Source of the DNA: Leidyana gryllorum EB-2025a
Lineage: Eukaryota > Protista > Apicomplexa
Reading direction: 5' to 3'
Assembly: GCA_048772705.1 (NCBI GenBank)
Contig: JBLWGC010000230.1
Coordinates: 1,116,001 to 1,180,000 of the forward strand
DNA length: 64,000 nt
Shown here: positions 27,746-38,509 of the stretch, in pieces
Numbering within the stretch: the stretch's first letter is position 1
How the letters are laid out: every line of letters starts with the position of its first letter
Notes under the pieces: generated by a model
Databases searched by the model: none
What the model saw: the letters and a program-made list of their open reading frames with translations, nothing else
What the model was told of the DNA's origin: nothing
Translations under genes and position numbers: made by a program

Positions 27746-29379
27746 ATGCTCCAGTTCGAGGTTTGCAGCCAGAATGTTGCCTTCAGAGCGGGACGGTTGA
27801 CTGTACGTGATGCAAAGTATGATACACCAGCCCTGGTTCTGCCCCTCAAGCGGTGAGCAACATAGAGTAGTAGCGAGGCGGTCTGAAAGTTGTCATGCAG
27901 AGCTTTACCCCAGTTCATGTCTGCGGAGATGCTGGGTTCATTCGAGGGAGACGTGCCCTGCTGTGGTCTGTCACTGTGCGATTGGATTGAGCCCGGCTGG
28001 TATGAGGCCACTCGCAGCCCGGCGACGGGTCGCGAGCTGAGTTGGCTGCCGACGAAGATGGGCAGAATCGTGATGCCCATTGACCCGTTCGGCCCTGCCC
28101 CGAAATCCAGTGCAGCCATCACGATGGTGAGTTTAAAGTCTGTCAGAACAATTAGTGTATTTCCCTCCGCATCTTTGCAGCTGACTGATGTTGGGAAGCA
28201 TTCTCTGAGCCCTTCTTCGTGGAAGGTGTTCTTGCAGAATTCAAAGGAGCGTGTGGATGCGGTAGTGATTCCCACAGAGACCGTGCCGTACAATGATATC
28301 AAAGCGGGAGCAAAGCGATGCCGTCGGAGCGTCGATAATGCGTTCAATTTCTATCCGGAGCAGGCGGAAGCCGAAGGGCTCACATTGTTGGGCACCTGCA
28401 GTGGCGGTAGCAACGTCATGAGTCGGTCAGTCTGTATGGAGAAGTTGGCCCTCCGGTCACAAGAGATGGGAGGATTGTACTTGGGTGGCTTCGAGACTGA
28501 ATTTGCCGAAGAATCGTTGACTGCTGCGACGATGTTGGCTCCTCGGGACACTCTTCTGAAGACCATCTTGCAGAAACGCATTTCTGCCGAGGGCGCCGAC
28601 GGAACAGAAGGCGTGCTGAAAGACAAAGTTACCATTATCTGCACTTCTGGATGTTTAAGTAAGTCAAAATGTCATTGGAAGAACTGTCCCACATTATATG
28701 ATGTGTAGAGGAGACACTCCAGTCACTGTTGAGAGGAGTTGACCTCCTTTATGCGTGGGGGCCATCAAAGATGGCAGATAAAGGGCTCCAGTTAGATCTC
28801 AAGTTGTGGCCGGCAGGATCTGGAGCCTTTTTGGAGGCAGTGGGACTGCCGTCCAACGGGGGCGAAGAAGTGCAGCATTTGACTGATCTGATGGAACAAT
28901 GGCTCAAAGAAGGCGATTTGGAGAAGCTAAAGGAGGACTTAGCCGATAAGCTCGCGAGTGTGGAGCACCCCTTAAATAGCTTCAGATGCTGTGTGTTGGG
29001 TGACCGGAAATATGCGGAGGATACTGAACCGTTCAGCAACCGTTATAATGTCCCTGCGGGCTTTGAAGTGAGCGGAGAGGTCAAAGTTATGGGACAGGTT
29101 ACCGCGCCTATCGGTCAACGGTACACGCGGGCCTATGTTCATCACTTGTTGAACTGCCGGGAGCCAGTAGCATATCAGCTGTTGGAGTGGGAGAACTATC
29201 AGATCTATGCATTGCTGTTACGGGTGATGCGGAAAGTGATAGAGACGAAGGGCGAGCGAGGTGCAGTTCTATACTCTCTGTGGTTGGTTGAGGCCAATTT
29301 GAGGGACGAGGGGGAACATAATGTGAACCCCTTCGCCTATGAGTTACCAGAACCCTACACTAATTTCACGGCTGTGTGA
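27746..29379 (+). CDS. Queuine tRNA-ribosyltransferase accessory subunit-like (QTRT2-like, TGT fold)
   Basis: N-terminal FEV..RAGRL...DTPA; KRCRRSVD; GVDL; Y.EDTEP; YTRAYVHHLL..E; introns near 27853-27900 and 28660-28710. Confidence 0.75.
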
Positions 29380-29386
29380 AAAAAAA

Positions 29387-30465
29387 ATGGAAGTGACCCC
29401 TGTGGGGGTTGTGGTGGAAGCGGACTTCACTGAGAAATGGTCAACTCCAAGACAATCGCAATGTGTGCCAGAGTCATCAGCCGTTCTGGAGATGGTTGAG
29501 GGGTTCGATATGGCCATTGAGGGCGATACCGTATATGTTACAGTGATCTTTGTTTTTCATCTGAATAATAGCCACGCTATCAAGCTTGGCGGTCAACTGT
29601 TTGCCAAACGCAATGCCAAGGTACTGTCGTTGACACCCAGTGCACAACGCTCGCCATCACACTTGTACAGATAAGAGCCCCAAAGTTGGGTCCCAATGGC
29701 GGATCCGTTGGTTGCTTTGCCACTCGGTCCCCGCATCGACCCAGTGAGTGATATATCTCGAACATAAGAGAGCGAGACTGACTGACTGATTGATTGCACA
29801 GATCCGATAGGTTTATCCGTATGCCGTCTGGTCGGAGTGGATGCTGCTCGTCGGCGTTTCCAGCTGTCGGGAGTCGATCTCGTACTGGGTACTCCGATAC
29901 TCGATGTTCGACCACATTCCATAGTCCAGCGTAAGTGTCTGTTGTCATCAGCCGAAGGCAATTTTGGTACACAGAACCTCCATTGGAGACATTGAGATGG
30001 CCGTCGTGGGTCGAGAACACAGCAGCGGGTGCCGGACAACTCAAAGTCGTAGTATCCTTAGCAGTGATGCTGCAGATCAGAGGCCACAACTTTGAAGGCG
30101 GACTTGAGCACCTGAAAGTAGCGAGTCAGGCATTGGCTTTGGACCCACGCAGCCGTCTTTCTCAACGGAAACATCCACGAGGTGTCTTCGCACATCAAGT
30201 TGGATTGGACGGATTGGTGAGTGTACAACAACACCGTAATCATGTCAAGGCTTTGCTCGGTACGCAGATTGTCTACACCTTCGACGCTCAGTCTTCGGTG
30301 TTGATTCTGGGCTTCTGGCCGCTGGACAGCCTTCCACCTGTGTTGCGGCCTCCGGCTGGTACTCACGCAGTAAAGTTTCGGAGTCCTCAATACGTTGCTC
30401 AGCTGAAGGAGTTTCTCCGACTGATTGGCCGAGGCGATGATGAACCACTGGAACATTCTCGTTAA
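29387..30465 (+). CDS. TRMO: tRNA m6t6A37 methyltransferase (TrmO/TsaA/YaeB family)
   Basis: EKWSTPRQ, IFVFHLN, IRAPKLG, GCFATRSPHRP|NPIGLS, GVDLVLGTPILD, LALDPR; several short introns. Confidence 0.88.
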
Positions 30466-33400
30466 GATCGCGTTTTTGTCTCTTCTTGGGCGACGCAGAT
30501 CAGATAGCAGGATAGCCATGATTCCATCTCTTGTGCTTTATTCCGCTGAAAGAATCCCTATATTGGAGTTGGCCAGAGATATCTACTCACTGCTTCACTT
30601 TTCCGTTTCTCAACATGGTATATCAGACTTGTGAGCGCTTCGGAAGAATACATTTTGGTGTTCTGTTTGCACCAATCGATTACTTTACTTTCCTGCCAAA
30701 GCGGTGAATCCGGCTTACGAACGTGCGATCTACACTCACTGTGATTTCATGCGCCTGCCAATAGTCCTCGAAAGGTTTGAGCGTTGCTTGGTCAATACGA
30801 TACTCCAAATTGTCGCTCAAAGTACTCCACATCCGCCCGAACACCTCGGAATAAAAGTCCATGTCACTGGTACTCAGATAGCGCGGGTTTGTGACGTTAC
30901 TGCCAGCCGAAGAACCTGTCGTACCCGGCCGAGTCGGACGCCTGAACGGCGTTGCCCTAGCAAAGATAGCTATCGCTTCCTGTTAGAAGTAGAAAGGTTA
31001 GCCTTTGACACGCCCCGCACACACACGAGCTGTCACTTACCTCCACGAAATGAGCGTGAACTTTTCTGTAGAACCGCGCGAGAGCTGAGCGACATATGCA
31101 TCCTGCCGACGCCACGGTAAGCCGACTCTTATTATCATTGAGCTGGCGCACCAAATCTTGTTCGAGTAATGCCAAAAGCTCTTCCGGCGGCCGTTGTTCC
31201 AAGTCTTTGACCAATCGTTGGAGGGGATCTCCCCAGGCGGTCTGCAGCTGACAGAATCTCTCGGCAGCTCTGTGTAAGAGGCAATCTGCAACTTTAATCG
31301 TCACATCAACGTCAGACTTGAGGTTGGTTAGTATAGACTTGAAGGACCGCGACTGCTCGATGGCTTGATTGCCCATTAAGGGAGTGTAGCACCTCTCCTC
31401 AATCACTTGGGCCAGAGACCGAAGCGCATGGGCACACACTATATGTTCCGTGGCACCGAATAGATAAAGTTCGGACTTGGCAGTTGCCAGTCTCTTGGGT
31501 CCCCAGTGACTCGGAAACTGCATTGTTGAACTCGCAGAATTCATTCGTCTTGACCTTATCTTCCTCAGCAGATGTCTGACATATCTGAATTTGATTTGGG
31601 CTCGATGAACGGAGTGGGCTTGATGCAAGGTGGGACCCCCAACGCAGTCAGGACTTGTGTGTGCCAGCTCCTTAGCAAAGAACACGGTGTCGAGGGTCTT
31701 TTGGTCAATGAGACTGACCAGAACAGAGTAAACGACCAAATCCCAGATCTCTAATATGCCCGATAGAACGTCCTTGGCGATGCAGGGGATGAGTTGAAGC
31801 GCCTGGACATTGTCATGTATCATGGCCACAGCGCGCTTAGTCAAGGTGGTGTCATAGTGGTCGTTGACTGTTGGGGTGATGACGGTATCCAGGCCAGTGT
31901 CGATATCCTCGTCAATTGAAGTGTCGCCCGGTTCTCCAATGAGATACCCGACAACAGTCTGTGCCCTCGCTATCCACAGTTCCGGGTCAAAGAAAGGACT
32001 CTGTATCCGGGTGGAAGACCGATCATTGGCAGTGAGTTTGAGAAACGGTTTGCGGACTGCCAATTCCATCAAGTGTTCGAGGAGGAAAGGTATATATGAG
32101 GCCTTCTGCTGGCCTTCAAAGCGTTTGGGCGGCACTCTGGTCCATTCTTCCATGGCCACCAAATCTGTGAGCTCCTGCAGACACTCGACCCGAGCCGCTT
32201 TGAGGATGCGGCGACATCTCAAATGGAAAGCAGATTCCAGGGGTCTTAAATCTTCGAGCAGACTCGTATGCCCTCCGGGCGTCTCATTACCGGGAGACAC
32301 ACTTTCCATACCCCGGCGAAACCGCACACAAAAGTGGGTGAATACGGCTACAGCAACGGTGGGCTGATAACCGTTTATTGAGATCGAGGGTGAGAATACA
32401 ACGAGAACTTACGATCTCTATGGCATAGTGACGCAGCGTCACAGGGGGGGTAGGAGGAAGGGGCAGATTCTCAAGGATGGAGGCCAAGAGAGTGGCAATC
32501 TCGCCAGCGCAATAGGGGACAGCGTCCAGCAGATGTTTGGCAACAGCCGCTTCGTTGAACCCCAACTTGTTGCCGGGCTCATTGGTCATTTGCGCGGCCA
32601 TTGAGATTACCATAAACAAATACTGGAATGCGCCCAGAATGGAGCACGTGACATTCAGAACTCTGGCGATGTGTTTGAGCGAGGCGAAAGGTCATCGTCA
32701 GCTTACTCTACAAAGGCCAGAACGACATCATCTGTGACTCCTTTGGCGGCAGAGACCATTTCGTCATCAGTCAATTCCCGTGGGGCTTCTGAAACCGGGA
32801 AAATGCCGCGCTTCAGATTGGATGGAGCCTTACTCTGAGTTTTGGTCAACTTGGCATAAGCCGTTGTCCGTATACATCGAATGAAGGCGTCTCGGATTGT
32901 GGAGCTGAACTTTTCATATATCTCAGGATCAGTGGGATCCACCGAAGGGCTGAGATCGTCTGGTCGATCACTCATCAGCTGGAGACGAGTCGACAAGAGT
33001 TGACTGCGCCACAGATGAAGAAGTGTTTCTCGGGCGGTGGCGGCAGACACTTCCGCTTCGGGGGCGCGAAGAAACTTTTTCAAGATCGACTGTTAGAGGT
33101 ATCACATAACTCTTGGGGCCTCCCCGGCAAATGATGGAATCTCACCATTGGCAGCAGCTCGGCCTGTAGCCGGGCGTTCTCGAAGAGCGGAGCGAAAGAT
33201 GGGAAGCGTTCGAATGTGGCTGCCGTCTTTGGCATCAGGACCACTTCTATCTCTTGGAGGGCCCTCTGGAAGTCGCCAGTCCGTCTGGAGGCGCAGGCGA
33301 GGCCGGTATGTGCGCCGATACTCTGGGCATTCCGTAACACACTTTGTACCTCGCGGAGACGTTTATACAATTGGCGTTTGCGCAGCAGCGAATGTATAGC

Positions 33401-33832
33401 TTGGATTTGTTGGCTTTGAGTCTGAAGACTGTTTTCGTGGATGAAAAGAGGAGGCGCGATTTACCTTCAAAACCTCATTCGTAGACACTATTCGTGCGCG
33501 TAGAGTGTGTATATCCGAGACACGCATGATTACATCACGAGTGGCATTGAATAGGCTGTCAGCATGGCTACAGACGAGAGCTTTAATTTTGGCTTCCAGC
33601 CCTTCGATTACACGTTGAAGCTCATTTACTCCTGATGGACAGTAGATGAATCATTTCTTAGACACTATTTATATGTGTTCGTACTCTTCGTCAGATAGGC
33701 TTTTCCACAGATGGGTGGGTCATATTTGCTTAATTCAGCAACCAATAAGGCATCTGGTCCGTCATCGAAGCACTGTACACTCACCAACCCCCCAAAAGCA
33801 TTCACAAGACCCTCCACTTGGCCTCCCTCCAT
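30462..33832 (-). CDS. CATCHR-type vesicle tethering subunit (Vps50/syndetin-like), multi-exon
   Basis: Long helical ORFs joined by short introns; N-terminal coiled coil (EGLEAKIKALV..F.AT), GDFQRAL, C-terminal KCSSEA and EMESW; family call tentative. Confidence 0.45.
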
Positions 33833-33888
33833 TGTCGCTCGTTTTTTCTTGTCGCTGGGTTCACAGCCCTGAACATCTGTTTGATGTT

Positions 33889-34974
33889 TCACACAGGGGT
33901 TTTGAAGCATTTCTCGTGCATCATACTTCTCCAGTCAACACGTGTGTTCCACCGTCTGGGTGGTGACGGTGTCGGATACATTTCTTCTTGGAATTTGGCT
34001 ACACACTCTTCTTCGAAGGTAGCCTCTCTGAAAGGTCCATCAGGATGATCACTAATGAGCGTTATGCTGGTAAGGTGCTGCCTCGGAGGAATCACAACCC
34101 GCTTGAAAGGATCCGGTCCTATGGCCTTCCTCCTCAACGCCTCCCACTCAGCAGAGCGTTTTGGCTGTTCCCCGACCGTGAAGTCCCCGGCAACTGAAGT
34201 AGCTGAGTGATGTCCACAACCGGCTCCTTCGAGGACGTTCAGGGCTCCCTCTCTCAAAGCCGAGTTGAGGGTTGAGAGGCTCCAGTTGTCCGGTCCGTCG
34301 CCCTGGGGCGTCATGTTGCCCATCTCCTCGAAAACCTTGGAGTCGAAGGCTGCATACTCAGGAGGGAACCGATCGTCCTCCTTGGACGTGGGAGGAGCCG
34401 GCTTTGTCCTTCTGGTATTCACCGGACTTGGAGGTCGGGAGGTCACCTGAGTGACCTTCTTGGTGTACACCCGTCTGGTAGTGTAGTCGTCCTCGAATGT
34501 CGGAATCGGTCGGCGGAACAATTGGGGATATGTCTCATCGTAAATGGGATGTTTGACCCGTCTATAGGGTGAAAGAGGGCGGTATGCATTGGTCTTTGAA
34601 TCGTCGAAGGCCATTGGAGCTTTTTGAGTGGTAACTTGAGGAAGATCTGATTTGATGGTAGGAGTCTGCTGTTGGGTTTCTTTAACTTCAGAAACTGAGG
34701 TATCATCACTCGGAAAAGTCTGGGCGTTCCTGCGCACGCGCGGAGGTTCTGAGGTGTCACTTTCCGCGTGAGGCGAGTCTTGGGGTCGAGGAGTAGATTC
34801 CGGAGGAGCAACAACTCTCTCCGGGCGCGTTTTGCGCCTTCTCAAACACACGGAGGGTGTGAGAGCAGTAATTGAGAGACATTCATCGGCGCAGGATAAC
34901 ATCCTGTTGCGACTGGTTCGCGAGGATCTTCGTCCAGTGGAGTTGATCTGCTTCGTTTTCATCTCAAGAGTCAT
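33889..34974 (-). CDS. Hypothetical, largely disordered S/T/P/R-rich protein
   Basis: 361-aa ORF, no recognisable domain. Confidence 0.55.
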   Translation of the reverse strand: MTLEMKTKQINSTGRRSSRTSRNRMLSCADECLSITALTPSVCLRRRKTRPERVVAPPESTPRPQDSPHAESDTSEPPRVRRNAQTFPSDDTSVSEVKETQQQTPTIKSDLPQVTTQKAPMAFDDSKTNAYRPLSPYRRVKHPIYDETYPQLFRRPIPTFEDDYTTRRVYTKKVTQVTSRPPSPVNTRRTKPAPPTSKEDDRFPPEYAAFDSKVFEEMGNMTPQGDGPDNWSLSTLNSALREGALNVLEGAGCGHHSATSVAGDFTVGEQPKRSAEWEALRRKAIGPDPFKRVVIPPRQHLTSITLISDHPDGPFREATFEEECVAKFQEEMYPTPSPPRRWNTRVDWRSMMHEKCFKTPV

Positions 34975-35029
34975 GATGGTGATGGGTTCTAAACTGTTGC
35001 TGTTGTTGTTGTGATGGTGATTGTGAAGA

Positions 35030-35220
35030 ATGCCGCGGGTCTTTCTTTATCGCGGTTTTCCGCCCGCGTGCCTTCACGCGTAGTGAAGAGTGGCCTCGCG
35101 GTTCCGCTATTTACTTGGCGAGCTTCTCGTCCGAACGCGCGCGAGCGTGTCTGAATGACGTCAGCCATGTCGCTGGGTCTAAAGCTAGAGATCGGAAGAT
35201 GGCAACATTAAGTGCGCGTT
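35030..35220. promoter_or_regulatory. CGCG-rich putative promoter (E2F/MCB-like boxes)
   Basis: About seven CGCG sites plus TTTTCCGCC and TTGGCG within 190 nt of an intergenic region. Confidence 0.35.
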
Positions 35221-35272
35221 GGATCTGTTGCTGGGCGGTTGATCAATCACTCTTTGAGTTAATGGGATTTTA

Positions 35273-36919
35273 TCACGCGGCCGAAGGTGTGTTTGTCTGC
35301 CACTCCTGGGAGTCAGCATTATTGACCATATCTTCTCTCTCTTCCAGATCTGAAGCTTCTTCCCTCGTCACGCGCGAGTACTGACGCACCCTTTGCTTGA
35401 CTCGGAGTCCATGGAACTGGCTGGATGTGGCGATCAGACAAGTTAGAATGAGGAGTGTGGCAGTGAATAAGACGTTCTCGGTGGTCAGCTCACTCTCGGT
35501 TAAGGGCAAGAAGAACAAGACCGGATCAGTGACTATTGGAGTCCAGTGGACTGCTGTACTGTAGAGGCCGACCGTATTGCACACATGGGCTGCCGCGCCG
35601 ACAACGCCAAAGGCAACGTTCAAAGCCGCACACCACAGTGCAACTTGACAAAACTCGTCATAGCCCTTCCCCACTGCGGCTTTGACTGTGTATCTGGAAC
35701 AGACGTAGGCCATCACGTAGATAACCACAAGACAGAGGCCGCTGGCGAGCGTGCGGTGTTCATTTATGAGAAATACGACCCCTATGAAGGCTGGGATGGC
35801 TCCTAGAATGGCACAGATGACTTGAACCAGTAATGTGCTGAGAATGAAGAGACCTGTTCGGATGGCCATGATGGCGTGCAACGAAGCATACTGATCGGCT
35901 CCTTCGGCCCACCACGAGAGAATCGGAGGGACAGCCAGATTATATGGTATCAGACAGGTCGCAAAAGTGGCAACTGCGGCTATCCCAAGGATGGCATATA
36001 GTTTCGTGGTCAGATACAGCATTGGCAGAGCCACAGTGAGTGCCATAGTGTAGGCGTTCGACCCCACCAGGATTAGATCCAACACTGGCAAAGTCCTGTG
36101 TTCGTCCCGCTCGGTGACCAGCCCGAAGAGGTGAATGAGAAAAGGCCCCAAACCCAACAGTATGACCATCATTAAGATTGCCGGGAACGCGGCAGAATGT
36201 GATCGGAGCAGAGCTGACTCCATATCATAGATTGAGGTCACTCGTTCCCGTCCCCCACCAAGCTTCAGCCTTTTGCCCAACCCAATGTCAGCTCCACCTC
36301 CCTCGCTTCCCAGCGGCATTTCCCCCGCTTGAGGCCCAATGAGAGCAGTTTCCGGGCTGTTGGGATCGGCCTCGGAAGTAGGCATCCGATCAAGCTGTGA
36401 ATCCCCTTTGCCCAGTCCTATACTTCGTAACAGACTCGACCAAACCCCCTTCAAGTTCCATCCACTTTGTGCCTTAGTGCCTGATTGGGCTTGGAGGTTA
36501 GCCTCTTTAGTGCCACCAGCGGCCGACTCCAGTTTCGCCGCCTCCTCTGCGGCCAAACGCTCAGCCTCAGCTTCTTCCTGGGCGCGACGAGCTGCTTCGA
36601 ACTCAGCCTGTGCTTCAGGGGAGAGGTGTTCGGTGCTGTTCTTAGCCATGTCGTCGGCTACGTGAGAGGCCTGTGCACTGATTCCACTAACTGACAAGTG
36701 CTCCCCGAGTGCGTTGTCTTCCCGTTCCAGTTTGACACCCTCCGCATCCTCGGGGTTGAGCAACCCTTCTGAAATCTTGATGTGGCGTTGAACCCCAGCC
36801 TCAATGGGCTCAAGACCATATGAGGGGATGCCAGTGAGGCCCACCTGGCGATACCACGGTGGAGATATCTGACTGGCGACACAACCCCAGATACACAGAC
36901 TAACCTTAGGGATAACCAT
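35273..36919 (-). CDS. Polytopic membrane protein with a signal peptide and hydrophilic N-terminal domain (weakly DUF4203/TMEM198-like)
   Basis: 548-aa ORF with ~8 hydrophobic helices in the C-terminal half. Confidence 0.65.
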   Translation of the reverse strand: MVIPKVSLCIWGCVASQISPPWYRQVGLTGIPSYGLEPIEAGVQRHIKISEGLLNPEDAEGVKLEREDNALGEHLSVSGISAQASHVADDMAKNSTEHLSPEAQAEFEAARRAQEEAEAERLAAEEAAKLESAAGGTKEANLQAQSGTKAQSGWNLKGVWSSLLRSIGLGKGDSQLDRMPTSEADPNSPETALIGPQAGEMPLGSEGGGADIGLGKRLKLGGGRERVTSIYDMESALLRSHSAAFPAILMMVILLGLGPFLIHLFGLVTERDEHRTLPVLDLILVGSNAYTMALTVALPMLYLTTKLYAILGIAAVATFATCLIPYNLAVPPILSWWAEGADQYASLHAIMAIRTGLFILSTLLVQVICAILGAIPAFIGVVFLINEHRTLASGLCLVVIYVMAYVCSRYTVKAAVGKGYDEFCQVALWCAALNVAFGVVGAAAHVCNTVGLYSTAVHWTPIVTDPVLFFLPLTESELTTENVLFTATLLILTCLIATSSQFHGLRVKQRVRQYSRVTREEASDLEEREDMVNNADSQEWQTNTPSAA

Positions 36920-36970
36920 TTATTGTGTCTCAGTAGGGTGTCTGCTGCCTTTTTCTGCATAGTTAGAACA

Positions 36971-38160
36971 ATGAGACCGTTTGCAGTCTTGTATGCTTAT
37001 TCTGAAGGCCACTTATTGCCTGCCGTGTACTTCCTGCTATTTTCCGAAGTAAAACTGGAGGCTGATGTCAGTGGAAGCCTGCCAACACCATTTCGGCTTG
37101 GGCCCTTCTTATTCGGGAAGAATCGAGTATCTATATTGACGTTTGGACCACGGGAACTCAAAATCGAGCGCTGCTCCGACCATCCTATAGACTGGAGTTT
37201 TGTTTTAACGCAAGGCGATGAGGAGACGGAATTGAACGCTCAGCAACCATTTGCCCTATACAACCTACAAGGCCACAAATTCGAGCCCTTAAGCGAAGCA
37301 CGGATCTGTAGAGGCAGTCAACTGATGAGTCTGACCCGCCGTGCTGCTGAAGTTGTGTGCCAGGTCGATCCCAAGCTGGTGTGGATACCTGAAACGTCCG
37401 CACGCTTTCTACTCCTTCTGGCTTGCACATCTCCCTCATCTGTTTCAACGATAAGTGACACTGCATTTTTCAAGTTGTTGGACTCCTTAAGGCCGTACAC
37501 GGCAGAGTTTTTACGACAGGTTCGTATATGTTTGATTGCAGCTGCAACACTTAGGAACAGCAGGACCCTCACCTCCGCCCTGACAAAGGCACGTTTGACG
37601 ACGTGGCTACCCGTGCTCGCGTGATCTTCGCCGTGCTGGCTCGACTCGTTCATGAAGCTGGACTCGATGGGGGCCTTGCTGCCCCTGATGTCCCGCTGTC
37701 GTCGGTTACTGCTGCCGTCGAAAGCCCTGTTGAAGGTCCCGATGAGCATGGCCCTCGCCTTCCCTGGCTGCCCGACGAGGCGGCCATTGAGATCCCTTCA
37801 GTCGCGGCCAGCGAGACCTTCAGCCCTGCCCCGGACTGGGCTCGAGGCTGCAGTAGTGCCAGCATGGCCAGGCTCATTCGACATTCTAATTCTCTACTCA
37901 GTCCAGGCTCCGCTAGTACAACCTCTGAGATAACGCTTACCCCAGTCCCGCTCAAGGGTGATCTCTTATCCCCTCCTCCATCCGCCTTCCATATTTCCAC
38001 AGACGCTTTTGCTCGGTTGGCTACTATCGACGCGACGCCAACTTTAGATTATAGGAACGAGTGCAAAATACAGCTCGATTGGTCTCCTGGGGTGGATTCC
38101 TCAGGTACGTCGTCTTTGGTGCGAACAAGCACGGTGATGTGTGTCTGCGCGTGTGTGTGA
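36971..38160 (+). CDS. Hypothetical protein, probably spliced
   Basis: ORFs 36923 and 37603 with a candidate intron at ~37519-37565; 3' end uncertain. Confidence 0.45.
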
Positions 38161-38509
38161 GTCTAAAATGCCGGTGTCTCGTGTGTGTGTTGTGCCGGTG
38201 TGAGGCTCTTATGGTGTGGGTCTAGAAAGACTGTTGAGTAATTTGAGCGGAGGACGGCGTGTGGTATGGTTGATGCATTTGAAAGGACCATTACATTTTG
38301 ATCATATATGTTGATGGATTTGCTGTCCGGGAATAGTATCACTAAGGAAAATTGGCAGGGTCAACGAAAGGAGAGTTATCAGCTGATAGAACCGTTTTTC
38401 GGATGCTATGATTTGAGGTCCGCCCTGTCTTGTGTGCGCGATCTGGAGGCACTACATTTTCTAACTTTCACAAAAATATCATAATAAGGTCATTTTTTCC
38501 ACTGCTACC

